64,000 bases of DNA from an uncultured Pseudomonadales bacterium (GTDB taxonomy: Bacteria; Patescibacteriota; Microgenomatia; UBA1400; PJMF01): the NCBI GenBank assembly GCA_964583625.1, contig CAZOVA010000001.1, forward strand, positions 480-64,479. Direction: 5' to 3'. Shown here in pieces: positions 46,232 through 56,146 of this stretch. The notes under the pieces were generated by a model that saw nothing but the letters and a program-made list of their open reading frames with translations, made no database searches and had not been told where the DNA came from. Position 1 is the first letter of the stretch, and each line of letters opens with the position of its first letter. The translations under genes and the position numbers were made by a program.

Positions 46232-47521
46232 TTATTTACGTAAGCTTTGCAAAAATTCTTTATTATTCTTTGTTCTCTTCATCTGTGATAACAAAGTCAT
46301 AGTTCTTTCATCTTTGTCTAGAGTATCTAACATTCTTTGAAGAGTAAGAACTGCTTGATAGGTCACAGGGTCAATCAGTAGATCGTCTCGACGAGTTCCA
46401 GACTTTTGCACCTCAATAGCGGGGTAAATTCTCCTCTCAGCTAGTCGACGATCCAAATGAATCTCTTGATTTCCTGTGCCTTTAAATTCTTCATAAACTA
46501 AATCATCCATTCTAGAACCAGTATCAACCAAAGCTGTGCCGACAATCGTAAGCGAGCCGGCAGTTTCAAAATTACGAGCTGCTCCAAAAAATCTCTTTGG
46601 GGGGAAAAGAGCTGCTGGATCAAAACCGCCAGAGAGAGTTCTGCCGGAAGTAGGAATTGAAAGATTATAAGCTCTAGCAAGTCTAGTAATTGAATCTAAG
46701 AGAATAACCACATCTTTGCCTCTTTCTACCAAGCGCTTGGCTCTTTCCAAAGCCAGCTCTGCTACCCGACATTGGACATCTGCCGCTTCATCAAAATTGC
46801 TAGCCGCAACCTCTCCTTTGCCCTGAGTAATTTTCTCAATATGACGTCTCATGTCTGTCACTTCCTCTGGTCTCTCACCAATTAGAACGGCCATCAAGTG
46901 TATTTCTGGATAGTTACTAGCCACTCCAGTACTAATTTCCTTTAAAAAAGTGGTTTTACCAGCTTTGGGGGGAGAAACAATCAAACTTCTCTGTCCTTTA
47001 CCGATAGGAGCAACTAAGTCAACAATTCTAGTTGAAAGAGGTTCAGTTTCAGTTTCCAGCTTAATCTGTTCATCTGGATAAACAGGGGTTAGAGTCTGAA
47101 ATTTCACTGATTCCTGTTTTAAAAAATCTGCTAAAGGAGAATCATTAACTTTGTCAATAGAGATTAAACCCCAGTAACGATCATTCTCTTTTGGTTCTCT
47201 AGCTATCCCTTCAATAATATCTCCACTTCTTAATTTATATTTCCTAATTAAACTCGCAGGAATATAAACGTCATTTTCATTTTCTCCATAATTCACCCTA
47301 GCAATCCCTAAATTTTCTCTTAAAATTTCTAACACTCCTCTCATTGGACGAGTTTTTTTGTCAAAATCAGCTTTTACTTCTATAGGAACCTTGGCGGGGT
47401 TGTAGTTTTTATTAATTACTACTCCCTTGGTAATTTTAGTTATTACTGGCTGAGAATTTGCTGAGGGAACAATCAATTTTTTAGCTAAATTAGAGCTAAT
47501 TTTTGTCTCTGTTATATCCAT
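46232..47521 (-). CDS. rho: Transcription termination factor Rho
   Basis: Walker [12 protein letters not shown]; Q/R loops; overall Rho similarity; 429 aa. Confidence 0.9.
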   Translation of the reverse strand: MDITETKISSNLAKKLIVPSANSQPVITKITKGVVINKNYNPAKVPIEVKADFDKKTRPMRGVLEILRENLGIARVNYGENENDVYIPASLIRKYKLRSGDIIEGIAREPKENDRYWGLISIDKVNDSPLADFLKQESVKFQTLTPVYPDEQIKLETETEPLSTRIVDLVAPIGKGQRSLIVSPPKAGKTTFLKEISTGVASNYPEIHLMAVLIGERPEEVTDMRRHIEKITQGKGEVAASNFDEAADVQCRVAELALERAKRLVERGKDVVILLDSITRLARAYNLSIPTSGRTLSGGFDPAALFPPKRFFGAARNFETAGSLTIVGTALVDTGSRMDDLVYEEFKGTGNQEIHLDRRLAERRIYPAIEVQKSGTRRDDLLIDPVTYQAVLTLQRMLDTLDKDERTMTLLSQMKRTKNNKEFLQSLRK

Positions 47522-47688
47522 TTTTTCCTTTTCTAGAAAACTATCATAATTATCTTGAGCTAAACAAAGGGCTCAATCAACATATACTTTTTGGAAAATT
47601 CTTCGGCTGTCGATTAAACAGCGAAATATTAACCATATATTATAACAAATTTTAATAAAATGTCAAGTAAAAAGACATTGTTTTTATT

Positions 47689-48507
47689 TTATTCTTCATT
47701 AATCAGGTTGGCGTAAACGAAAAGTCTTAGGTCATTGTCCCACCAAAAAATACAGGTATACATTACCAGATCTGCTTCATTCTCGGTAATACTAGTGGCT
47801 TTCTCTATTTTGTAAATTTGATAAAACCACTGTTTCTGATTGTCCGTGATAATTACTTGGTCTCCAATATTTACCTTGTCTAAATTTTGAAAAGTTTGAC
47901 TATTCTGTTTTTTTGAGGTCAACATATTGTAGTGATGTCCAGCTAAAATAACGGGTTCTTCCCAATGGCCATATTTATTAAATTCAGGGTAAGCATAAAT
48001 TCCCTGATCAAGAATCTTTTTTACTTCTTTATCATCCTCAATGTTTTGATTGGTGAGAATTTCTGCATCAATTCCTGCCGAATCAATTTTTAACCATTGC
48101 CCTGCAGGAGCATTAAGGTCATATTTTGGTTTAATTTTTCTAGCCGCTACCGCCGTCGCTTCCATCTCAGGCACAACTGACAAAATTATTTGCTCCGAAC
48201 CGTGAGAATTTTCGTTTTGATATAATTCTCCAGCTTTAATCAAACTATTATTAAGATTGGGGAAAAGTTTAAATGTTAGCTGGGGTAAAAAATAGACAGC
48301 AAAAGACAAAATTCCTAAAAATAAAAATATATTCAAAGAGGCTTTGATGACCGTTCTTTTCCAACTACTTTTTTTCTCGATATTTTGCGCTGGAATTGTA
48401 GTAAAAAATTGCTCATTAAAAAATAACTGACGCATTGTCGGGAAGCGCTGGTGAAGAAAGTTTTGATTAGGTTCTAGTCTGGAACTGATCGCAAGCATAT
48501 CGATCAC
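47689..48507 (-). CDS. Sortase-family transpeptidase
   Basis: Catalytic triad context: ILAGHH (His), LVMYTC (Cys), downstream LRLFV (Arg); N-terminal TM. Confidence 0.65.
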   Translation of the reverse strand: MIDMLAISSRLEPNQNFLHQRFPTMRQLFFNEQFFTTIPAQNIEKKSSWKRTVIKASLNIFLFLGILSFAVYFLPQLTFKLFPNLNNSLIKAGELYQNENSHGSEQIILSVVPEMEATAVAARKIKPKYDLNAPAGQWLKIDSAGIDAEILTNQNIEDDKEVKKILDQGIYAYPEFNKYGHWEEPVILAGHHYNMLTSKKQNSQTFQNLDKVNIGDQVIITDNQKQWFYQIYKIEKATSITENEADLVMYTCIFWWDNDLRLFVYANLINEE

Positions 48508-49145
48508 AAATCATAGCATCTTTCCCTAAAAAAGTCAATAATTATAGGCCAGTGAAAAAAATTATTTGTAGCTTAAATTTGTACAAAACTCTAAATTTTT
48601 CCCTGATTAAACTAAAATTGCACTATTTTTAACTAAAAAGTTATATAAAGTGAGAGTTTACAAAATAAAAAAATCGTTTATCATAGGGGTTATCGTTGAG
48701 TGTAGTTCTAATATCTTTTGGTTGAACTCACTCTCGAACAGGGAAAAGCATTGTTATTCGTGGTCTGTCCAGCGATAATAATGCTTTTTCGTTTTTAGTT
48801 AGTCTTTAAAACAATTTTCAAAATAATCTCCTTAAATAAACCAACAAACTTGCATATTAGTTTTCCACAATTTTCTATTAATCTTTTTTAGAATAATTTT
48901 TTATCCCCCTTTCTATATTTCTAGCCAGCTATTGTGTGCAAATAAATATTATAAGATAATATATTTAAACACTATTTATTAATATAGGTCTAAATATAAA
49001 TTTTTGTTTATTATATGCTTATCAATCAACTAAAAAAATTAAAGGCTTTTATAAAAACTTCTTTATAAATTATGTGCTAAAAAAACAAAACTGGAGCTAG
49101 AACTTGACAAGGATAGCCTTTTTATAGTAAACTGACTTACATATT

Positions 49146-52100
49146 ATGAGTTCTAAATCGCTCAAAAAGAACAAGCGAAGTGTTTCTGTGGTGGAGCAAA
49201 AGAAAGGCTCTGCTTCTGTTGGAAAAAATAGGTCGCACCGCTTATTAAATCAGTTCATTGACTCGACTAAGCCAGCGACAAAAAAACCTAATCTCCAGAA
49301 AGAAATTGAGCAAGAAAAACTCGGCCTTGACCAACTATTAGCCCAACTCGAAAAAGAACAAGCTGCAGCCGCTCCTCGCCTTCTGGGAGATTTGGGGAAA
49401 ATTTTGGGAAGAAATAAAGCTGGAAAAAACTCAAGTTTAGATCAAGAAATTAAAAAGAAATCTTATCAAGAAGAGTTTTTCAACCAAAAAAATAAGAGCT
49501 TAAAGCAAGAAATAGATTTTCCCACCAAGCAAGCGGCGGACGACACAAATCCCAATCCTCTCAAAAACTTAAGCTTTATTGTTTTCGCCCTTTTTGGACT
49601 AGGATTAGCTGTTTTTGGTCTTAATCAATTAATCAAAAACGCCAGTCTTAATTTTGCCGCCCCAGAACAATCAAGTTTGGCCCAAACTCCTAAAAGCATT
49701 TTGACTTTTCAAGGGAGATTGAGTCATAAAACAAACGGTGTCTTTAACCAACCGGTCAAAATGCTTTTTGAGCTCTACAATACTAGTGGAGGTAATACCC
49801 CTCCTCCTATCGGAGGAGATCTACTTTGGAGTAGTAATTTTTGCTCTATTTCACCCAATCAACAAGGAGTTTTTGCTGTTAACCTAGGATCTGGTAACGG
49901 CGATGGCAATGACGGAGAGAATTGCGGGCTTGATTTAGGAAGCGTTTTTGCTCAAAACAGTAGTGTTTGGTTACAGATCACTGTTGATAAAGAGGTTTTA
50001 TTTCCTCGCCAATTGGTTAAAAGTGTTCCCTACGCTCTTAATAGTGCTTCCTTGCAAGGGTTCTCCGCCAGTAAAGCTATTACCGCCAATACTATCCCTG
50101 TCGTTGATGAGAGTGGTAATTTAAATTTTGTTACTCAGGAAACCGCCATCACTAACTTAGGAAACCTTGGATTGATTTCAAAAACTGGAGATTTATTTCT
50201 CTTACCAGGATCAGGAAAAGTCTATATTGGCAATCAAGATTATAAGGCAGACTTAAAAGTTAGTGGCGATTTGGAAATAAACAATAGTTTAATTTTTTCG
50301 GCGACTAATGAGGCAAAAATTCAAGCAACTAATGCTGGTTTAAGCTTTTACACCAAAGCTGGTCAAGATTTTTGGGAGAATCAATTAACCTTAACTAAAA
50401 ATGGCTTTTTAGGTTTGGGAACTGATCAACCAAAACAAAAGCTAACGATTAATCAAGGAAGCTTGAACTTTGATTTTAGTGTCGGGCCTGATTCCAGTCA
50501 GTTGAGATTGCAAGAGCAGGGCTATCATCCTCAAGGCTTGACTCGCCTGCCCTCTCCTCCGACATTAAAAGTCTCTCTCATTGATAGTCCAGGAAATTTA
50601 AGTAATGCTCGTTATAAATATCGCTATAGCTATATTACGGCTGACGGTAAAGAGGGAGGATTAAGTCCCATCTTTGTTTTTGACAGTAACCTTGATCAAA
50701 AACAATTTTCAATAGAAAATATTTCTACTTATCAATTGCCAAATGTTACAGGCAGAAAAATCTACCGCACAAAAGCTAATGGTGAAGACTTTTATTTCTT
50801 GGCCACCATCAACGATAACCATACCACTAGCTGGACAGACAATACTGCTGACGAGGCTCTTATTTCTCTTCTTGTTGATCACGGCAATCAAACAGGAACT
50901 TATAAATATAAATTAACTTTTATTACGGATAAGGGAGAAGAAACAAATTCTTCAATCAATCATGCAGCTATTACTCTTACCGGAGACCAAAGAGCAATTA
51001 AAATTGACAATCTACCAATTGCTACTGTTCCCATTCGAGCCAGAAGGCTCTACCGCTCACTCGCCAATAGTGACTTTTATTTCCTAGTGGCCAACATTCC
51101 TGACAATAACACCACTAGTTGGCTGGACACTTTGGCTGATAAAGATTTAGTGGCTTTGCCAACTATGCCTAGCGGCGGTGGCATTTATGCTAATAATAGG
51201 CTTTCTTTACAGCTTGACAATGACGGGTCTATTATTACTCAAACCAAATTAACTGCTCAAAATAGACTGGAAACTTCTCATGGGAATAATCAGGGTTTAC
51301 AAATTCCTACATCTAGTGGCAAACCAAGCATTAAGGTGGGACAAAAAGTTGGCGATATAGTTTATGACTCTCTTAATCAATTAATTTATATCTACAATGG
51401 AGTTGACTTTGTCTCTACTGGCGGAGGGACTCCCTCCTTTGCTAGCAATAGTCACTGTGCCGGCAATACTTGTCGTCTAGTTCTTGATCCAGAATACCCA
51501 GGAGTGGTCATAACTGGATCAGCAGATCTTTCCCAAAGTGATCTTTCTAGTGGACACGATGTGGTTGACAATCAATACCGCTTCAATTATTATCGCTGGG
51601 TTTCAGCTAATAGCCAAACTCCAAGCTCTCTTACTTTCTCTATCAATCTAACAATTCCTCAAGACTTTTCTTCTTGGCAAGAAAAAGCTATCACTCTAGA
51701 CTTTTTGACCCATAGCTCAAACTTAGAACAGAATTCCCTTAGTTTAGAAGTCTTCCGTCAAGGTAGTAGTTTGAGCGTAACAAAGACTAAACAAACTAGC
51801 CCCTCAGAATCTTGGGCCAGCACGGCTCTTAACACTCAGCCTCTAACTCTCAGTCGTGATGAACTTGAAGTTTTAGGAGTTAAGGGTGGTGAAACTCTGA
51901 CCTTAAAAATTATTGGAGAAAGTCAGAATAATCATTATATAAAAATTGGTCAGCTAAATCTCAACTATTATAGTTCTGGGGAAGATCAAAAGGTTCAAAG
52001 TCAAAGTCTTTGGCGACAGTTATCTGGAGTAATTTTCCCCGCCAATCAAGGTCAAGACGTGGTTCTGGGGGGAGATTCAACAGCAAGCGCAAAAATAGCT

Positions 52101-52499
52101 TTCCTTAATTTGGGGGATGTCGGTGTCCCAACCCTCTACCTCCAAGGAAATATCTTTCTTGATAATCAAAGTAAGAAAAACTATCTTGATTTAGCTCAAG
52201 ATAGTAGTTTTAGAATTAGAACCCTTGACCAGGATAAGGCTTTGGAGCGTTTCACTATTCTACCCAATGGTAATGTTGGTATTGGAGTAAGTGACCCTCA
52301 GGCAACCTTGGATGTTGGTGGTGACACCAGGATTAAGGGTAGTCTACATTTACAGCCAGTGACCGAAGTTCAGGCTGGCCCTTGCAACTTAGAAAATCAA
52401 GGAAAGATCTATTATAATAGTTTAGATCTTAAGTTTTATGCTTGTCAAGCGGTCACAACAGACGGCACCGGTTCAGCTTGGGTTAAGCTTGGTCAATAA
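49146..52499 (+). CDS. Giant (1117-aa) N-in single-pass surface protein with a coiled-coil cytoplasmic N-terminus, internal tandem ~85-aa repeats and thrice-repeated tail-fibre-like G.VGIG...P...L.V.G motifs
   Basis: TM LSFIVFALFGLGLAVFGL at about aa 145. Tandem repeats YKYRYSYITADGKEGG...FYFLATINDNHTTSWTDNTADEAL and YKYKLTFITDKGEE...FYFLVANIPDNNTTSWLDTLADKDL. The stop TAA lies 1 nt before the next ATG. Confidence 0.5.
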   Translation: MSSKSLKKNKRSVSVVEQKKGSASVGKNRSHRLLNQFIDSTKPATKKPNLQKEIEQEKLGLDQLLAQLEKEQAAAAPRLLGDLGKILGRNKAGKNSSLDQEIKKKSYQEEFFNQKNKSLKQEIDFPTKQAADDTNPNPLKNLSFIVFALFGLGLAVFGLNQLIKNASLNFAAPEQSSLAQTPKSILTFQGRLSHKTNGVFNQPVKMLFELYNTSGGNTPPPIGGDLLWSSNFCSISPNQQGVFAVNLGSGNGDGNDGENCGLDLGSVFAQNSSVWLQITVDKEVLFPRQLVKSVPYALNSASLQGFSASKAITANTIPVVDESGNLNFVTQETAITNLGNLGLISKTGDLFLLPGSGKVYIGNQDYKADLKVSGDLEINNSLIFSATNEAKIQATNAGLSFYTKAGQDFWENQLTLTKNGFLGLGTDQPKQKLTINQGSLNFDFSVGPDSSQLRLQEQGYHPQGLTRLPSPPTLKVSLIDSPGNLSNARYKYRYSYITADGKEGGLSPIFVFDSNLDQKQFSIENISTYQLPNVTGRKIYRTKANGEDFYFLATINDNHTTSWTDNTADEALISLLVDHGNQTGTYKYKLTFITDKGEETNSSINHAAITLTGDQRAIKIDNLPIATVPIRARRLYRSLANSDFYFLVANIPDNNTTSWLDTLADKDLVALPTMPSGGGIYANNRLSLQLDNDGSIITQTKLTAQNRLETSHGNNQGLQIPTSSGKPSIKVGQKVGDIVYDSLNQLIYIYNGVDFVSTGGGTPSFASNSHCAGNTCRLVLDPEYPGVVITGSADLSQSDLSSGHDVVDNQYRFNYYRWVSANSQTPSSLTFSINLTIPQDFSSWQEKAITLDFLTHSSNLEQNSLSLEVFRQGSSLSVTKTKQTSPSESWASTALNTQPLTLSRDELEVLGVKGGETLTLKIIGESQNNHYIKIGQLNLNYYSSGEDQKVQSQSLWRQLSGVIFPANQGQDVVLGGDSTASAKIAFLNLGDVGVPTLYLQGNIFLDNQSKKNYLDLAQDSSFRIRTLDQDKALERFTILPNGNVGIGVSDPQATLDVGGDTRIKGSLHLQPVTEVQAGPCNLENQGKIYYNSLDLKFYACQAVTTDGTGSAWVKLGQ

Positions 52500-52500
52500 G

Positions 52501-54666
52501 ATGCCACAAAAATTATTTGAAATTCGCACTGGTCGAGACAGTAAAAAAGACGCTCTAGCAATGACAGAGTTTTTTCTTACTATGCCTTCTTTTAGAGAAA
52601 ATGTCTGGTGGCAAATTCTTGGCCAAAAAGAAGCGGCTAGCTTTGAAATCGTTTTAGAGAATCAAACTGTTTCCTTTTTTGTTTCTTTTCCAGAAAGGTT
52701 GAGTTTATACTTAAAAGGCTTAATTGGAGCTCACTACCCACAAGCAACAATTTCTCCAGCTGATACTGTCAACTATTTTGATTTTTATAAAGAAAAATTA
52801 AATACCAATCATAGTCAAGAGGTTTTAATTACTAGAGTTAAACTCTTGAATAATCAGTGCCTACCTTTAAAAGACTTTCGCCAGTTTGAAACAGGAGATT
52901 CTTTAGCCTCACTTCTTTCCCGTTTGTCAAAAGCCTCCATTCAAGATCGGGCCGTGATTCAATTGATTGTCACTAATGGTGATGATTGGTGGAAAAATGA
53001 TTGCCAAAAAATAATAGACCAAGATGCTGACTCAAACTCTAGCGCCTCACAGCAAAAAGATTTTATAAAAGAGAAAATTCGAGAAAAAGGTTTACTGGTT
53101 AATTTTAATATTCTTGTTGCTAGTGGTGATAAAACTCAGGCTCAACTTTTTCTTGATAGTTTGATTGACACTGTTAATACGGTGAAAAAGGAAGGAGGGA
53201 ATCAGTTTAAAAAGAGACTTCCTCCTTTGCTTCCCCAGTTATTACTGAAGCAAATGATAGCTAGGAAACAGCATAAACAAACGGCTTTTCATCTCACAGC
53301 TTATGAGCTGGCAACCATTTATCATTTTCCCAATGAAGTTTTGTCGACTATTCCTAATTTAGCTTGGGGAAAAAACCTCTTGGGAGAGCCACCAGAAAAC
53401 CTTCCAATCGTCAGAAGAGATTCTCCTCCAGACTTAAAACAAAGTATTAATGTTTTTGCTCAAACAAATTTTAAAAATGAAATGCAAAAATATGGCATTA
53501 ATAAGATTGACCGCCGTCGCCACATGTATGTAATTGGAAAAACAGGGACTGGTAAGTCTACTCTCTTAGCGAATATGGCTATTAATGATTTACGCAATAA
53601 TGAGGGGGTTTGTTTTATTGACCCTCATGGAGACGCCATTGATATTTTACTTAATTATATTCCTGCTAGTCGGATCAATGATGTGGTTTTCTTCAATCCT
53701 GCCGACGGGGAAAGAACAGTTAAAATTAATTTATTTGAAGGTAGAAATATTGAACACCGAGAATTAATCGCCTCAGGTATTGTTTCGATTTTTCAAAAAC
53801 TTTATTCTTATTCTTGGGGTCCAAGATTGGAGCATTTCTTACGTAATGCTCTTCTAACTTTATTGCAAATGGAAAATGCTCGTTTATCAGATATTGTTCA
53901 ACTCTTCACTGATAAACAATTCCGTAAAAAAGTCCTTGAGCAATTACAAGATCCAGTTTTGAGAAGTTTTTGGGAAGGAGAGTTTGAGCCCTTACAAGAT
54001 CGACTTAAAAATGAAGCCGTCGCTCCAATTCTTAATAAAGTGGGACAGTTTGTCTCTTCACCTTTGGTCCGAAATGTGGTGAACGCTTCCCAAAGCTCCT
54101 TTTCTATTGAACAAATCATGGATGAAGGTAAAATTCTCTTAGTCAATCTTTCACAAGGGATGCTTGGAGAAGACAATGCCACTCTTTTAGGAGCCATGTT
54201 GATCACAAAAATTCAATTAGCAGCTATGGGTCGCGTTCATATCCCTGAAGAACAAAGGCGGGACTTCTATCTTTATGTTGATGAATTTCAAAACTTCGCT
54301 ACCAGCTCATTTAACAAAATTCTATCAGAGGCCCGTAAATACAGACTTAATTTGGTTTTAGCCAATCAGTATATTGCTCAAATTCCTGAAGATGTACAAA
54401 AGGCCATTTTTGGTAATTGTGGTAGTATGGTCAGCTTTGTAATGGGGAGCGAAGACGCGCAAGTTTTCTCTAGAGAATATGGAGAGAAATATAGCTTTGA
54501 TGATCTGGTTTCTTTGAACCGACATCAAATTATCAATCGTTTGTCAATTGATAATGTCATTTCCCAACCTTTCCCCGCTTATACTTTACCTTTGGCAAAA
54601 AGCAGCAATCAAAATAAGGAAAAAGTTATTCGTGTGAGTCGTGAGCGTTACGCCACTAAAAAATAA
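52501..54666 (+). CDS. Soluble P-loop NTPase of the FtsK/HerA/TraG-VirD4 (type IV secretion coupling-protein-like, DUF87-like) superfamily
   Basis: Walker A YVIGKTGTGKST followed by FIDPHGDAI (HerA/DUF87-like h-D-x-HGE/D). Walker B LYVDEFQNF. Downstream LANQ. No TM segments. The ORF track starts at 52438, but ATG 52501 directly follows the upstream stop. Confidence 0.55.
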   Translation: MPQKLFEIRTGRDSKKDALAMTEFFLTMPSFRENVWWQILGQKEAASFEIVLENQTVSFFVSFPERLSLYLKGLIGAHYPQATISPADTVNYFDFYKEKLNTNHSQEVLITRVKLLNNQCLPLKDFRQFETGDSLASLLSRLSKASIQDRAVIQLIVTNGDDWWKNDCQKIIDQDADSNSSASQQKDFIKEKIREKGLLVNFNILVASGDKTQAQLFLDSLIDTVNTVKKEGGNQFKKRLPPLLPQLLLKQMIARKQHKQTAFHLTAYELATIYHFPNEVLSTIPNLAWGKNLLGEPPENLPIVRRDSPPDLKQSINVFAQTNFKNEMQKYGINKIDRRRHMYVIGKTGTGKSTLLANMAINDLRNNEGVCFIDPHGDAIDILLNYIPASRINDVVFFNPADGERTVKINLFEGRNIEHRELIASGIVSIFQKLYSYSWGPRLEHFLRNALLTLLQMENARLSDIVQLFTDKQFRKKVLEQLQDPVLRSFWEGEFEPLQDRLKNEAVAPILNKVGQFVSSPLVRNVVNASQSSFSIEQIMDEGKILLVNLSQGMLGEDNATLLGAMLITKIQLAAMGRVHIPEEQRRDFYLYVDEFQNFATSSFNKILSEARKYRLNLVLANQYIAQIPEDVQKAIFGNCGSMVSFVMGSEDAQVFSREYGEKYSFDDLVSLNRHQIINRLSIDNVISQPFPAYTLPLAKSSNQNKEKVIRVSRERYATKK

Positions 54667-54667
54667 C

Positions 54668-56146
54668 TTAAATTTTTAAATCACTAAGAAGAGCTTTTAA
54701 GTTTTTATGGCTCTTATAAGAATAAATTTCTTGATAGCCTAGTCTTTTAGCCTCTTTAACTCTTCGATCAAAAGAACTCACTGGACGAATTTCTCCCATT
54801 AAACCAATTTCCCCAATAAAAATTGCTTTTGCTGGTAAAGTTTTTTCTGCTAAAGAAGAAGCAATCGCTGTTGCTAGACCCAAATCTATGGCTGTGTCAG
54901 TTATTTTCATCCCGCCAACAATACTTAAAAAGATGTCGCTCGTTCCTAATGGCAGACCGCAGTGTTTTTGTAAAACCGCAGCTAAAATCTGAACTCTAGA
55001 GAGATCGACACCCCTTCCTACTCTCCGGGGCATTACTAGCTGTGAAGGTAAAACTAAAGCCTGGACTTCTGTTAGAAGAGGTCTTGTCCCCTCCATAACA
55101 CAAACAACTCCACTTCCAGGAATTTGACTTTGTGCACTTTGTAAAAAATAAGCACTTGGATTATCAATTTCCTCCATTCCTTGGTTAGTAAGCCTGAAAA
55201 CGCCCACTTCATCGCTAGCTCCAAAACGATTCTTAAGAGTCCGCAAAAATCTAATTTCGTCACCTCTTTCTCCCGTCAGCTCAAAAATAACATCAACTAG
55301 GTGTTCTAAAACCTTTGGCCCAGCCAAGCTACCGTCTTTAGTAACATGTCCAATTAAAAAAGTCGGAATGTTTAGTTCTTTGGCAGTTTGGGTAATGCGG
55401 TCACTACTTTCTTTCACTTGACCTAAACTGCCAGCCGGCCCCAACAAATCTTTAGTTTTTAGTGTTTGGATAGAGTCTACTACTAAAAGTTCTGGTTTTG
55501 ATTCACGCATCAACTGCGTGATTGCATCAACATCGGTTGTGGTGACATAAGTTAAGGGCAAATCTTCCTTTTGTTCACTTTTTGACAACAACCTTTGCAA
55601 ACGTAAGTTAATTTGTTGAGGACTTTCTTCTCCACAGACATACATTACTTGAGGTAAATCTAAGGTTTTAGACATTTTTTCAACAGCGTGTGAATAAGTT
55701 TTAACTGGTCTTTCCGGTTTATTTAATTTATTTGTATCAAAATCTTTTTTAACGCTTGTTTTGCGGTAATTACGAGCTAGAATTTCTTTACACCAATTTA
55801 CAATTACTTGTGTTAGTAAAGTTGATTTGCCAATTCCTGGTTGTCCTCCTAATAAAACAACGCTCCCCTGGACCAAACCCATTTTCCCGTCTCTATCAAT
55901 ACCTAAACAACGGTCGAGTTCTTCAATTTTAGTAGAAAAACGCTTAAATGAGGTATTTAAAGTGTTTGCCTGACTAAAAGAAACGGTTATTTGCTCCAAA
56001 TGGAGACTTTCCTTGGTTGCCTTCTTTTCTTCTTTCCTCGTTTCTTCTGCTAAAGAATTCCAGTTGTTACAATTATCACAACGCCCCTGCCACTTACTGT
56101 ATTCTTGTCCACAAATTTGACAAACAAAAATATTTTTAGCTTTCAT
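54668..56146 (-). CDS. radA: DNA repair protein RadA (Sms), with a ~45-aa insertion in the RecA-like domain
   Basis: N-terminal zinc finger CQICG...CDNC; Walker A GGQPGIGKSTLL; KNRFG motif; Lon-like C-terminus. Confidence 0.9.
   Translation of the reverse strand: MKAKNIFVCQICGQEYSKWQGRCDNCNNWNSLAEETRKEEKKATKESLHLEQITVSFSQANTLNTSFKRFSTKIEELDRCLGIDRDGKMGLVQGSVVLLGGQPGIGKSTLLTQVIVNWCKEILARNYRKTSVKKDFDTNKLNKPERPVKTYSHAVEKMSKTLDLPQVMYVCGEESPQQINLRLQRLLSKSEQKEDLPLTYVTTTDVDAITQLMRESKPELLVVDSIQTLKTKDLLGPAGSLGQVKESSDRITQTAKELNIPTFLIGHVTKDGSLAGPKVLEHLVDVIFELTGERGDEIRFLRTLKNRFGASDEVGVFRLTNQGMEEIDNPSAYFLQSAQSQIPGSGVVCVMEGTRPLLTEVQALVLPSQLVMPRRVGRGVDLSRVQILAAVLQKHCGLPLGTSDIFLSIVGGMKITDTAIDLGLATAIASSLAEKTLPAKAIFIGEIGLMGEIRPVSSFDRRVKEAKRLGYQEIYSYKSHKNLKALLSDLKI

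Noticed and set aside
47689-52499. Giant surface protein as a direct sortase substrate
   Set aside because: No LPXTG-like sorting signal with a C-terminal hydrophobic/basic tail at its C-terminus (it ends ...GSAWVKLGQ); its TM is N-terminal. The sortase's substrate must be elsewhere.
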